64,000 bases of DNA, taken from an uncultured Gammaproteobacteria bacterium (GTDB lineage: Bacteria > Patescibacteriota > Microgenomatia > UBA10105 > UBA927). The notes under the pieces are model-generated. The model saw only the letters and a program-made list of their open reading frames with translations. It ran no database searches and had not been told where the DNA came from. Both the position numbers and the translations under genes were made by a program. The DNA lies in contig CAZVTT010000001.1 of NCBI GenBank assembly GCA_964629685.1, positions 176,627 through 240,626 of the forward strand, read 5' to 3'. Positions 41,306 to 51,704 of the stretch are shown piece by piece. How positions within the stretch are numbered: position 1 is the stretch's first letter; each line of letters opens with the position of its first letter.

Positions 41306-44179
41306 CTACCTACAGTTTCCTACGCCACCCGGAAGCATTGCTCTAATATCTACGGATTCAATCCCTTGTGAAGCAAAATCCGGTCCATCCCTGCGTTCAT
41401 AGTGTAAATGCGCACCGGTTGAATTACCTGTGTTGTCCATGCTGCCGATGGCTGCACCAGCCGTAACCTGTTGTCCGTTTGTAACATTGAATGCTGCTAA
41501 ATGGGCGTATATTGTCTCATAACTACCATCTAAGCTTCTCAGTCTGATCGCGTTCCCATACCCTCCAAGTCGTCCTACAAATGTAACTCTGCCGGCGTGG
41601 CCAGCTGTTACCGTAAACGTGGACAGTGCGGGACGACAGACCAAATCAACTGCATTCTCATTATATTGTCTGTGCGTGTAGCTGCTTACAGGAGCAGGTC
41701 CCTGACTTATACACACACCGGGACAGTTTAACGGATTGCTGCATCCACCCGGGTCCCGTGCGGGGTCACAGGGAGTAAAGTTGCACGCCGGATCCCCGGG
41801 GTTCTGAGTACAATCTACGCCGGGGCGATTGTAGTTATTAACCATTTGTTCTACCAGCGCCTTGGGTAAAGAGACCTCTTCACCGTTTATTCGTACAATA
41901 CAACGGGTTGGGTCTGCAGGATCATCCCGTAAACAATAAATTGGCTCTTCGCCACCACCCAGCTCCGGTGCATACTTTGCCATGATTGAATCACCGGTCA
42001 ATGATTTTGACTGATTCATGAGCAGAAGCAGAATTGCCAATCCTCCAAATAAAAAAACATATGGCCAGCTTTTTGCTGAAATGGTTCCACCATGCATAAA
42101 AGCATCGGCACCACTCAGTAAGCCACCTATAAATGATCTTAGGAGGCCAATTGCTGCGAATGCCCATCCCACCGGTCCGGCTACCGCGCTTATTGCCGTC
42201 TTTGCTATCCCCGAGACGGCCACTTTGGCAGTACCGCCGATAAGCTTTCTGACTGCGAAACGTACCCCCCGAGCTCTAACATTTGAAGCAAATGCATTTG
42301 TACCCCAACGTATTACCCAGCCTCCACCGGGATTCTCCTGTATAGTAAAAAGCCTTCCAAAAAGTTCCGGCGATTCAGATAAGAGTGATAGCATTAAAGC
42401 GTCCTGTATTACGAGACCACTTCCGTCGGGAAGACTGGTCATGGTGTATACGGGGGAGTTGGGGTTTAGTGATTTTGCGTTTTGGAGAAATGTAGCCAGT
42501 GCCGCTCTATTAACTCCAGCTTCGGGAAATGTTTTTTCATCCGAAAGGGTAAGGGTGAGAATAAACAACGCCTCCGCTGCGCTTGTCGGTTGAACTGCGC
42601 CGGAGACCAATAAAGCCTGTCTCTTTTGCATTTCGCTAATTGCTTTTAAGTCTGGAGCGCCTGTTTTTGTGGAGAGTCGTTTCCCTTCCGCTGCTGCTAA
42701 ATACAATATTGTGGCTTCGGCAAATTGGGTGCCAAAAACCGAACCAGCCATATCTCCCAAAAAACCACTAGCACCCTGAACAATTCCTCCTGCTCCGGAC
42801 CCTTGTCTGTCAAAGACGGTCTTACTGTTTTGCAAAAGTAACTGAAATTCATGATTGTTAACGACGGATGATCCCAAAGCGTCTACCAATTTTCCCGGGG
42901 TGCCGGTTAAGTCTGCCAGGCTTTTTCGTAAAGCGCTTGCAACAATTGTTGCACGTTCAGCGCGCGGATCACCGGAAAGGCTTATCCAGCCTTCGATGGC
43001 CGAGGCGGCAACTTTTTGTTCGCGAGTCTTCGCAATAGAGTGAAAAAATCCGGGAGTTGTTAATATATCAACAGGTGTTTCCGTGGCGTCATAAATTAAC
43101 GCAGCCCGGGAATAAATTTGTGCCCGGCGGAGAATTGAATTTGAATCTTCGTCTGAAATGCTTCCACCGGAAGCGAGCTTGTTTTCTATTTCCCTGGCGG
43201 CAACGCTGGAAAAAACCCCGACGGATAATACGGCTCCTGGTTTGGTTAATATATCTCTTGCTGCCATTCTGGATACCTGCCACTCGGCATTTTCGGCTCT
43301 AACCGCCGATATCACCGCGTCTTCATACTGGGGAACATCTCTCGCCGTGGCTCTTTTCGCACGTGCCAGCACAGCTTCACCGATAGTGTCGGGAGAATTT
43401 GGTACAGGTGTATACGATACTTGTGGTTGTGGTCTTCCGGAGAGCACCTCTCTTGGTGAGGGTGTCTTTTTTGTTTCGCCAACAGGTGTTTCCCTGAGTA
43501 CAAGTATGCCGTTTTCCCAGTGATATTGCTCTCTGGCCAATTCTTCCGTTTCCACCCTGTATTTGCTTTTTAGTCTGGAAAGAGTGGCTGCGGCAGTTTT
43601 GGTATAGGTATATTCAAGTCGGCGTTCATAATCCAAAGCAGAAAGATCGCGAGATTGATTCTGAATTTCTTCCGTTAGGTTCCGAATGTCTTTCTCTATG
43701 CCCCGCACCTCTTCCGCATCTACTGCAAAGGCGGTAAGCATCCGAATGTAGTTATTCATGAGATTTCTTGCATATTGATCTTGGAGGGCACGAAGTCTGG
43801 CATCCCGAGCCGAAAGTGTTTTATGGGCATTTTCCAGCTGTCTTGCGTGATAATCAATAATAGAATAATCAGTAACCCTATCGGCCGGTCTGTTGTTCTG
43901 CGGCATTGACGAATAATTCTTAGAAAAGTCAGTCGCCTTCAATATTCTAATAAGCATCATCTGTAATGCATGTGGGGAAGCATTGTGTAGGGCATCCGCT
44001 GCCTGAACGTCGTAGTCCATGGACGACATTGTCGCCCGAATATCTTCGTATTGAAGAGCTTGTTCCTGAATCTTAAACAATTCAGAGAATGTTAAGTCTT
44101 TGCCTGCAGAGAGTAATCCGATGGTTTCGGTTACAAATAAACCTGTTTTTGGTGGCTCGGAAGCTCCTTGTTCTGCCAT
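41306..44179 (-). CDS. Large membrane protein with C-terminal M23 metallopeptidase
   Basis: TH...AVD, GGYGN, YAHL, NTGNSTGAHLHYE; TM segment and Cys-rich linker precede the domain. Confidence 0.82.
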   Translation of the reverse strand: MAEQGASEPPKTGLFVTETIGLLSAGKDLTFSELFKIQEQALQYEDIRATMSSMDYDVQAADALHNASPHALQMMLIRILKATDFSKNYSSMPQNNRPADRVTDYSIIDYHARQLENAHKTLSARDARLRALQDQYARNLMNNYIRMLTAFAVDAEEVRGIEKDIRNLTEEIQNQSRDLSALDYERRLEYTYTKTAAATLSRLKSKYRVETEELAREQYHWENGILVLRETPVGETKKTPSPREVLSGRPQPQVSYTPVPNSPDTIGEAVLARAKRATARDVPQYEDAVISAVRAENAEWQVSRMAARDILTKPGAVLSVGVFSSVAAREIENKLASGGSISDEDSNSILRRAQIYSRAALIYDATETPVDILTTPGFFHSIAKTREQKVAASAIEGWISLSGDPRAERATIVASALRKSLADLTGTPGKLVDALGSSVVNNHEFQLLLQNSKTVFDRQGSGAGGIVQGASGFLGDMAGSVFGTQFAEATILYLAAAEGKRLSTKTGAPDLKAISEMQKRQALLVSGAVQPTSAAEALFILTLTLSDEKTFPEAGVNRAALATFLQNAKSLNPNSPVYTMTSLPDGSGLVIQDALMLSLLSESPELFGRLFTIQENPGGGWVIRWGTNAFASNVRARGVRFAVRKLIGGTAKVAVSGIAKTAISAVAGPVGWAFAAIGLLRSFIGGLLSGADAFMHGGTISAKSWPYVFLFGGLAILLLLMNQSKSLTGDSIMAKYAPELGGGEEPIYCLRDDPADPTRCIVRINGEEVSLPKALVEQMVNNYNRPGVDCTQNPGDPACNFTPCDPARDPGGCSNPLNCPGVCISQGPAPVSSYTHRQYNENAVDLVCRPALSTFTVTAGHAGRVTFVGRLGGYGNAIRLRSLDGSYETIYAHLAAFNVTNGQQVTAGAAIGSMDNTGNSTGAHLHYERRDGPDFASQGIESVDIRAMLPGGVGNCR

Positions 44180-44191
44180 ATTACGCGCGTA

Positions 44192-46246
44192 TTATACTAG
44201 GTTGTGCGTGTCTCCGCTTGCGTCAGAGTCAGACGGTACGGTCTCTACGGTAAACATCGGTCTTGATGGTGGCGTATCAACCACTTCTGGTATCATTTGT
44301 GGGGGAGTGTCCATCATGGTTGTATTTCCCGAGACCGGGGTGGGAGAGGGTGTGTTTTGCGTGAATGCCGGTGGTGACTGTGTTACCGGCATAATCGGTG
44401 GTAAAGGAACACTGGGAGCGGGAGTAGTAGTTGTCTTTTTTGCTTCCGATGCCGCTCTTTGAGCAGCTTGGCGCTCCAAGTCTTGCGGTCTGGTGGTAAT
44501 GAGCTCGTGTTCTTCCGGAGAGGCTATTACTCTCACTGCCGCATGTGCGGGTCCGGCAAACATTAAACCTTCTCCAACATCCGCGGAAAGCAGTAGGTGT
44601 TTTTCCCCTTCGGAAAGGAAGAACACTTCGGCTACGCGGTCAATCGCTGCCGTTGACTGCTTTAAAAGAAATTGTAAACTGCTGTTTTGAATGATGGTTT
44701 TTCCTAATTCTACAGACAGAAAATCTTCGACGTCCTGCGTAATTGTGGTTAGTCCTAAATAGTATTTCCTGGCGCGCTTGGCAATGGAATTCAAAAATTC
44801 TCCGGAATCCTGATATTTCATCATGTACCACGCCTCATCCACCAGCAGTATTCTTCTTTTAATGTCTCTCCGTACCCGTGTCCAGATATAATCCAATATA
44901 AGATACATGGCGATAGGTCGGAGTTCTTCTTCCAGGTCTCTAATGGAAAAGACAGTAAGGCTGTTCCGTATTTCTACATTTGTTTGCTGGTCAAAAATTC
45001 CCACAAGGCTGCCTTTTACGAATTTTTCAATTCTATCCGCCAGGCTTCGTGCGGTCGCGTTTTCCATACCCACGAGAACTTTATATAAATCTTCCATAAG
45101 CGGTGGTTCAAGCGTCTGTGTGGCCGGATCCGGTGTAATACCCTTTTGTTTATATGTAAGTATCAACGCCTGATCGAGCAATGCATCCTCGGAGGCTGTG
45201 AGTTTTCCCATAACGACCCTGAAAAAACCGTGCAGCGATAATATCTTTTGATTTAACTCGCTTTCCTCTGATGTTTGTTTAAGCAGCGCCAGGTCAAATG
45301 GATTTATTTTGGTAGAACTGCCGAAACTAAACCGGATGTATTCTCCTCCCAGCGCATGGCTAAGCGCCTCATATTCATTTTCCGGGTCAATTACAATTAC
45401 TTCTGTACCAAACATGAGGTGACGCATAATTTCCAGTTTCACCGTATAGCTTTTTCCCGATCCCGACTTGCCGAACACTACAGTGTTTGCGTTTTCCAGG
45501 GTAAAGCGGTCAAAAATCACCAAGCTATCGTTATGTTCATTTATTCCGTAGAGTATTCCTTCGTTGGCGGAAAGCTCCGATGTGGTAAACGGAAAGGTGG
45601 TTGCCAGCGATGTCGTATCCATGTTTCGGGTAACAATGACCCTGTCCTGTCCCATTGGCAGTGTCGTTTTGAATGCATCTTCCATTTGAAGAATTGCTTT
45701 CTTGCTGACAATCAGAAGTGAGGCTAATGTTGATTCAACTTGTCTGGTCGCTTTGTCGAGCTCTTCTTTCGTTTTTGCCGGAATAGTAACATAGAGACCG
45801 AACTGAAAAAACCGTTCCGAGCCTTTTGCGAGTTCCTGTTGGAGAGCCAGCGCGTCTTCAAGTGCTACCTGAATTGATGGTTCTATGACACGTCCCCGCT
45901 TCATGTCTGATTGTATGGTGGCTTCCATTTCTCCCACTTTTCTGCGCAGATTTTCAAGTACTTCAGATGATTGCGTGGGGTAAATATACATGGATATATC
46001 CAGCGTGTGATCGAAAGAAATAAGTGGTTCCAGCCAGTTTGCGGAGACAAAGCGCGGATATCCGGCTACGAAAATTGTTCTGAAGTAGTGATCGCCAATC
46101 TTTAAGTAATCGAAATCAACTTCAATTGCAGGCGGTGCGATAATGTCTTTTACCAGCAGCGGTCCGTTTGCATCATGTTTAATCGGAGTGTTTTCCGGCA
46201 TTGGATCCAGAAATTTTTTTAGTGCGACACGGATAGTGTTTGCCAT
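44192..46246 (-). CDS. VirB4/TraE-like conjugative-type ATPase
   Basis: LYGIN..LVIFDRF, FGKSGSGKS, IDPENEY, INPFD, LVDEAW, KRARKY; Pro/Thr-rich tail. Confidence 0.9.
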   Translation of the reverse strand: MANTIRVALKKFLDPMPENTPIKHDANGPLLVKDIIAPPAIEVDFDYLKIGDHYFRTIFVAGYPRFVSANWLEPLISFDHTLDISMYIYPTQSSEVLENLRRKVGEMEATIQSDMKRGRVIEPSIQVALEDALALQQELAKGSERFFQFGLYVTIPAKTKEELDKATRQVESTLASLLIVSKKAILQMEDAFKTTLPMGQDRVIVTRNMDTTSLATTFPFTTSELSANEGILYGINEHNDSLVIFDRFTLENANTVVFGKSGSGKSYTVKLEIMRHLMFGTEVIVIDPENEYEALSHALGGEYIRFSFGSSTKINPFDLALLKQTSEESELNQKILSLHGFFRVVMGKLTASEDALLDQALILTYKQKGITPDPATQTLEPPLMEDLYKVLVGMENATARSLADRIEKFVKGSLVGIFDQQTNVEIRNSLTVFSIRDLEEELRPIAMYLILDYIWTRVRRDIKRRILLVDEAWYMMKYQDSGEFLNSIAKRARKYYLGLTTITQDVEDFLSVELGKTIIQNSSLQFLLKQSTAAIDRVAEVFFLSEGEKHLLLSADVGEGLMFAGPAHAAVRVIASPEEHELITTRPQDLERQAAQRAASEAKKTTTTPAPSVPLPPIMPVTQSPPAFTQNTPSPTPVSGNTTMMDTPPQMIPEVVDTPPSRPMFTVETVPSDSDASGDTHNLV

Positions 46247-46248
46247 AA

Positions 46249-46941
46249 TTACGTTGCTTTCCCTTGTGTTTGTCCCAGCGTGTTTGTAGCTTTTATTGCC
46301 TGTTGAATTGTATTTGCCTCCGGCAGGGGAGTACCGGGATTGTATATAGAAAAGTATAGCCTTACCAACTGTTCGGTTGTAAGTTGTTCGCCTTTTAATC
46401 CCAACCGGGCTACCGCTCGGACTAAATGATCTTTTTTGGGTGTAAGTACCGTCAGTGCTCGTTCATAAATATATTGTTTTGGATAAGGGAGACCGCGTTT
46501 CTTGCTGCCGAACAGGACGTTGGCGGATTGACCGAGTTCCAGGCTGGAGAAGGGAATTACAATATAAAATTTTTTATCCAAAACATTTTTTTCTTTTACT
46601 GTGGCGGCTACGAAGTTTCGATAACCGCGAATACTGTCGGCAATTTTGGGATTTTTTTGTTTGCGTTCCTGCTCTTCCAGTAAGTGGAGATAAGCAGTAA
46701 TGTCTTTCTGTTGTGTGCGGACAATGAGTTCTATGGGAAAAGAAAGGGAATTCAGCAATCCCGCATAGGCGTAAATAAGCGATTCCTGTTCTTTTTCAGA
46801 GAGCAGACCAAAATTTACTGCCGTTGTAGAAATGACCAGGGCACAGGAGCCATCCACAAACATTACCAGATCTTTGTCGATATCTTCTATCTCGATAAAA
46901 ATCTGTGTTGACGATCTGATGGGAACAATGGGCTGGCTCAT
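46249..46941 (-). CDS. T4SS-associated protein (VirB4/TraC N-terminal-like)
   Basis: VNFGLLSEKEQ..YAGLLNSLSFPI, KKFYIVIP; lies between prgI and virB4. Confidence 0.65.
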   Translation of the reverse strand: MSQPIVPIRSSTQIFIEIEDIDKDLVMFVDGSCALVISTTAVNFGLLSEKEQESLIYAYAGLLNSLSFPIELIVRTQQKDITAYLHLLEEQERKQKNPKIADSIRGYRNFVAATVKEKNVLDKKFYIVIPFSSLELGQSANVLFGSKKRGLPYPKQYIYERALTVLTPKKDHLVRAVARLGLKGEQLTTEQLVRLYFSIYNPGTPLPEANTIQQAIKATNTLGQTQGKAT

Positions 46942-46981
46942 AGTTGTTCCTACTTATTAGCTCCTGTTTTGAAATGAAAAA

Positions 46982-48640
46982 TCATATTGTTTTTGCTCCA
47001 AATATTTCCCGTTCGAGTTTCGCCCGATCAATTTCCCTTTTGCTTTTTGCAATAATTTCCAATGCAGACATGATTGTTCCGTTTAATGTTATTCTTACCC
47101 TGTCGAACATATATGTTCCTTTGGGATCTTCAATATCTACTGTGTATACTCCGCTCGGAAGGGGCGTGGAGGCGGCAAATTGTCCCAATTTATTTGTTTT
47201 TAGGGCTCTGACAGGTATATCTTCCTTATCGCGAACAGTAACGAGTACACCCGGCAGAAGATTTCCCGTTGTATCTTTAATGATTCCGGTTACTACATTC
47301 GGGAATGTCGTGAGTCTCGGTAAGCCTGCTTTAACGGCAACGTCAGCTGAAATTACTTTTACTGTTGATTTTTCCGGTTCATTTGTTGCCACGCCGGCAG
47401 ACCTGTATCGCTGTTGCGGCTGTTGAGGCTGTGTAAGTCGTTGTCGAAGTGTTTGAATCTCCTGTTCCATTTTGGTTTTTTGATCCAATACTTCCAGTAA
47501 TTGTTTCTGCAGTTCCAATACGCGGTCTTCAGACATACTTTTTGTCTGCAGCTCTTTTTTTAGAGTTTCCATCTGTTGCTGTAGTTCATCTGCTTTCTTT
47601 TTTGCTTCTTCATCTTGTACCGGTTGGTTTACCGGAGCGGTTGGTGGTGGCGGCGTTTCAATCGGTTTCATTTTGGTTCCGGTTACTGATGGTGCCGCTG
47701 CTGTCTGATATACGTTCGGATAAGCAACAGCATACGCCGGAGCAGCCTGAGGTGATTGTTGTGGTCTTAGGGCAAAAAACGTGGTAAACCAGTCAAACAG
47801 TCCAAATGCATTTGTGGTAACAATTTTAGACTGAGCCACCGGTTTTGCATGTTGAGTTGCTATCGGTGTAAACGGCGCGCTTTGATGCACAGATGCGGTC
47901 GGCTGTGGGTACTGTTGTGGTGCCGTATGATTATTTTTTTGTGGCTTTGACTGGAACAGCGAGAATATCCAGTCGAATACATGTGACTTTTGTTTTTGTG
48001 CTGCGACTGGTCTGTTTGTCTGAGCGGGTGGTACGGCTTGCGTTACCGGTTTGGGAATTTGTATCGGTTGTACGGCTGACTGTTGGGGTATCACCGGCAC
48101 GAACGGCTGCGCCTGTGCCGGGGCGGCTGCTTTGACAACGGGTTGGGAGGCTTGTCCGTTTAGTGATGGTGACACAATTTCGGGTTTGCTTTTTTTAGTT
48201 CCTGTTCCCAATAGTTGTTTCTTTAAAGCATCCAATTGTATGTTTATACCGGCAAATGTAAACGGTTTTGTGTGCGATAGTCCCGGTGTTTGCGTCGGAA
48301 GGGTAGCCGGTGTGACCACGGGCGGTTTTTCCGTAGATACCGGTGGTGTCGTTTTGGTTTTTTGCCATAAATACTGTGTGGGACTGTAGATACTCTTTAC
48401 AAAAGAGAGAAACCAGACATCCATGGGGCGTTCTTCTACAGGTACGAATGCAAAGCCGACACCCCCAAGTGCAAACGTAGCTGCTGCCGGCCAGGTAAAA
48501 AAGAACGGCAAGGGTAATTTATACGAGATGTATCCCAGGATTGCGCCACCAGCCAGATACCCGAATTGCTTCAGGGTCATGTCACCAATAAGTCGGAACT
48601 GAAATGTGGTAACGTTTTGCGGAACCGGATGTTGTTCCAT
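46982..48640 (-). CDS. PrgI (VirB3-like) family protein with Pro/Gln linker, coiled coil and carboxypeptidase-regulatory-like C-terminal domain
   Basis: QHPVPQNVTTFQFRLIGDMTLKQF + 2 TM; VTGIIKD..GNLLPGVLVTV..TNKLGQF..LPSGVYTV. Confidence 0.78.
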   Translation of the reverse strand: MEQHPVPQNVTTFQFRLIGDMTLKQFGYLAGGAILGYISYKLPLPFFFTWPAAATFALGGVGFAFVPVEERPMDVWFLSFVKSIYSPTQYLWQKTKTTPPVSTEKPPVVTPATLPTQTPGLSHTKPFTFAGINIQLDALKKQLLGTGTKKSKPEIVSPSLNGQASQPVVKAAAPAQAQPFVPVIPQQSAVQPIQIPKPVTQAVPPAQTNRPVAAQKQKSHVFDWIFSLFQSKPQKNNHTAPQQYPQPTASVHQSAPFTPIATQHAKPVAQSKIVTTNAFGLFDWFTTFFALRPQQSPQAAPAYAVAYPNVYQTAAAPSVTGTKMKPIETPPPPTAPVNQPVQDEEAKKKADELQQQMETLKKELQTKSMSEDRVLELQKQLLEVLDQKTKMEQEIQTLRQRLTQPQQPQQRYRSAGVATNEPEKSTVKVISADVAVKAGLPRLTTFPNVVTGIIKDTTGNLLPGVLVTVRDKEDIPVRALKTNKLGQFAASTPLPSGVYTVDIEDPKGTYMFDRVRITLNGTIMSALEIIAKSKREIDRAKLEREIFGAKTI

Positions 48641-48696
48641 TGTTATAGCGTTCGATCGCAGACAATTACAATAAAAGCGATAAACGCCGTAGTACT

Positions 48697-48725
48697 ATTC
48701 TAAAAAGCTTTTTGAATCCTTGCAA
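48697..48725 (-). promoter_or_regulatory. Sigma70-type promoter for prgI-virB4 operon
   Basis: Minus strand TTGCAA-17 bp-TAGAAT; palindrome AAAAAGCTTTTT at 48702-48713. Confidence 0.45.
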
Positions 48726-48825
48726 GTGGGAGCGGCGCATCAGAATCGTGAAATCTTAAAACTTTATAAAAAATTTTCACAGGGTCATACGCTGAAATTA
48801 CTGGTGTACGTGATATGATTAGGGC

Positions 48826-51153
48826 ATGGAGTCACCCTTTGTTCTCCTGGAACTAAAGAATAGCCGCGATAGTGAAGAGACGCCAGCCGCCATGGAGCAG
48901 GTGTTTGCTGCTCTGGGTTCAACCGGAGGGCATGGGGGATTATTACAACAATTATTCGGACCTAAACATCCGCCACGCTATTTCAGTTTTGAAATTGTGT
49001 CGGTAAATACGCGAATACATCTGTTTATAGGCGTACCGCAACACTTGCAAACCTATGTGGAGAGTCAGATAACTGCGCATTACCCGAAGGTACTCCTTGG
49101 TCCGGTATCTGACTACGCACCGCATTTTTTTTCTCTTCCGCATGAATTGGCACAGTTGGTGTTGTCGAATGCCTATTATTATCCGTTAAAAACGCATAAA
49201 GACGTTAAGGATCTGGATATCCTTACGGGTGTATTTGGCCAAATAGCGAAGCTACCGATGGGGGAAGCCGTAGCAATTCAAATCAGAATTAGCCCGGCAG
49301 GACACGGATGGATACACTCCGCCTCTTCTGTTGTGGCGCACGGAATTCCGGACCCTAACAATCCCGGCAAAATTAAAGCACATCCTCATGCCAGAATAAT
49401 TGAAACCAAGTTGGCGCAGATAGGTTTTTCTGCTGCCATCCGTGTGTTGTCTGTGGCACCGGATCATGAACGGGCGGAAGCCCTCATGAACGCGGTTGCC
49501 GGTTCTTATGGTGTTTTTACCCAAGGAGAAGGAAATGGTCTGGTGGTCATGCCTCCGGCTTTTTGGCAAAAAGGAAAGTTGGAAACCGCTTTTATTTCGC
49601 GTAGTGGTGATGTTCTTCCGCGGTCTCAGGTATTGGGCTCGGCTGAGTTGGCGTCGTTGTGGCATCCTCCCGGTTTGTCGTTATCAATGATCAAAAATAT
49701 TTCCTGGAGTGAACAACTTACGGGTGAAGCTCCGGAAAATTTACCTGTTTCGACGGAAGATGCTGAAGAACAGAAGCGGATTAACTTCTTCGCCCGTACT
49801 GAATACAAAAATAAAGTGGCTACATTTGGTATTAAAGGAGATGACCGGCGGAAGCATCTGTATATCGTGGGAAAAACCGGTACCGGCAAATCCACCATGA
49901 TTGCCAATATGGCAATTAACGACATGCGCAATGGTGAGGGTGTTGCCGTTATCGATCCTCACGGTGATTTGTGTGATGTGCTCCTGGATTTTGTACCGTC
50001 TTACCGGATTAATGATGTGGCATATTTGGATCCATCGGATACGGAAAATCCATTCCATCTAAATCCATTGGAAGTTAAAAATGAAACATACCGTGAGCTT
50101 ATTTCCTCCGGAATAGTGTCTATCTTTTATAAACTATATCATTACAGTTGGGGGCCAAGGCTGGAGTATATTCTCCGCAATGCCATTCTGACATTGCTGT
50201 ACGTTCCCAGATCGACTTTGTTACAGGTTCCGGAACTTCTTACAAATGAAAATTACAGGGCAAGAGTCGTGGAAAAATTGCCGGATCAGGTGCTGAAGAA
50301 TTTTTGGTTAAATGAGTTTGCCAAAATGAGCCCTCAGATGAAGAGTGAAGCGGTTGCACCCATATTAAACAAAGTCGGTCAATTTTTATCTTCACAGACG
50401 ATAAGAAATATTGTCGGTAACCCGGTTTCTACAATAGATTTAGAGTCTATGATGAATGACGGAAAAATAGTGCTCGTAAATTTATCGCAGGGGAAACTGG
50501 GCGAAGATAACAGTGCGCTGTTGGGTGCCATGATGATTACTAAAATGCAATTGGCAGCAATGAATCGGGTTTATTTGGATGAAGAGAAAAGACGGGATTT
50601 TTACCTGTACGTAGACGAATTTCAGAATTTTGCTACCAGTTCATTTATTAAAATTCTATCGGAGGCGCGGAAATACCGACTGGACTTGATTTTGGCGAAT
50701 CAATATATAGGTCAGATAGACGAAGAGGTTCAGGCAGCTATTTTCGGTAACACCGGTTCAATCGTCAGCTTCGGTGTGGGCGCCACGGACGCTCGTGTGC
50801 TTACCCGCGAATTTGGTCTGAAGTATAAAGAAGAAGAACTGGTGGCGCTGGGAAATCACCAGGTGGTATTAAAATTGTCCATAGATAACCATACCTCTAC
50901 ACCATTTTCGGCAAATACGCTGCCGTTGCCACGGAGCAGAAATCAAAATCGTGATAAAGTTATCAGATCATCCCGCGAGCGATATACGAAGCCGTTCCAA
51001 CGAAAAGATGAGCCCGCCATGTCTCCCACCACCGTCGATAATGTGTTGCAGCCTCAGATGCAACAGAATCAGCCTAAAAATCAGAATTCTGCTCCGAAGC
51101 ATACACAGACAAAGGAGAGTCGGCCACCTGTACCACCGGTTAAACCAACATGA
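48826..51153 (+). CDS. VirD4/TraG/TrwB-like coupling ATPase
   Basis: DRRKHLYIVGKTGTGKS, IDPHGD, YVDEFQNF, LSEARKY, ANQY. Confidence 0.88.
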   Translation: MESPFVLLELKNSRDSEETPAAMEQVFAALGSTGGHGGLLQQLFGPKHPPRYFSFEIVSVNTRIHLFIGVPQHLQTYVESQITAHYPKVLLGPVSDYAPHFFSLPHELAQLVLSNAYYYPLKTHKDVKDLDILTGVFGQIAKLPMGEAVAIQIRISPAGHGWIHSASSVVAHGIPDPNNPGKIKAHPHARIIETKLAQIGFSAAIRVLSVAPDHERAEALMNAVAGSYGVFTQGEGNGLVVMPPAFWQKGKLETAFISRSGDVLPRSQVLGSAELASLWHPPGLSLSMIKNISWSEQLTGEAPENLPVSTEDAEEQKRINFFARTEYKNKVATFGIKGDDRRKHLYIVGKTGTGKSTMIANMAINDMRNGEGVAVIDPHGDLCDVLLDFVPSYRINDVAYLDPSDTENPFHLNPLEVKNETYRELISSGIVSIFYKLYHYSWGPRLEYILRNAILTLLYVPRSTLLQVPELLTNENYRARVVEKLPDQVLKNFWLNEFAKMSPQMKSEAVAPILNKVGQFLSSQTIRNIVGNPVSTIDLESMMNDGKIVLVNLSQGKLGEDNSALLGAMMITKMQLAAMNRVYLDEEKRRDFYLYVDEFQNFATSSFIKILSEARKYRLDLILANQYIGQIDEEVQAAIFGNTGSIVSFGVGATDARVLTREFGLKYKEEELVALGNHQVVLKLSIDNHTSTPFSANTLPLPRSRNQNRDKVIRSSRERYTKPFQRKDEPAMSPTTVDNVLQPQMQQNQPKNQNSAPKHTQTKESRPPVPPVKPT

Positions 51154-51704
51154 AAGTAGCCCTACTGGGGGGAGCGTTTAATCCTCCCCATCTCGGTCAT
51201 ATTTTAATTGCCAGGCAGATATTGGATTTTACGGATACGGATGAAGTGTGGCTATTGCCGAATTTTCGTCAACATCCCCCTAAACCTGTTGCCTCCTTTG
51301 AACATCGGTTGGCTATGACTAATCTTATGTCTATGACGGGCGTGAAAATATCAACCCTGGAGTTTGACCACCAGCTTGATGGGCAAACAATTCACGTACT
51401 TCCGCATTTACCCGAAGGAAACGAATACAGGTTTATTATCGGTTCCGATCAGTTGCCGGCCTTTCATTTATGGGGTCAGTGGGAAACATTATTGAAGAAA
51501 ATTCCTTTTTTTGTATTTCCGCGCTACGGATATCCCAATGAACCGATTTATGCCAATATGACTGTCATTCACAATGAGCTGTTGATTGGAACAAATATTT
51601 CGTCGACCCGTATTCGGGAAAGAATAAAACAGGGATTTTCTCCTGAACCATTTGTTATACCGTCTGTGGCAAAATATATATCGGAGGCCAAATTATATAT
51701 ATGA
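51150..51704 (+). CDS. nadD: Nicotinate-nucleotide adenylyltransferase
   Basis: GGAFNPPHLGH, IIGSD, W..W, ISSTRIR. Confidence 0.92.
   Translation: MKVALLGGAFNPPHLGHILIARQILDFTDTDEVWLLPNFRQHPPKPVASFEHRLAMTNLMSMTGVKISTLEFDHQLDGQTIHVLPHLPEGNEYRFIIGSDQLPAFHLWGQWETLLKKIPFFVFPRYGYPNEPIYANMTVIHNELLIGTNISSTRIRERIKQGFSPEPFVIPSVAKYISEAKLYI

Noticed and set aside
42018-45721. Antisense ORFs of 120-191 aa opposite the M23 and virB4 genes
   Set aside because: Fully inside well-supported genes on the other strand; typical antisense shadows
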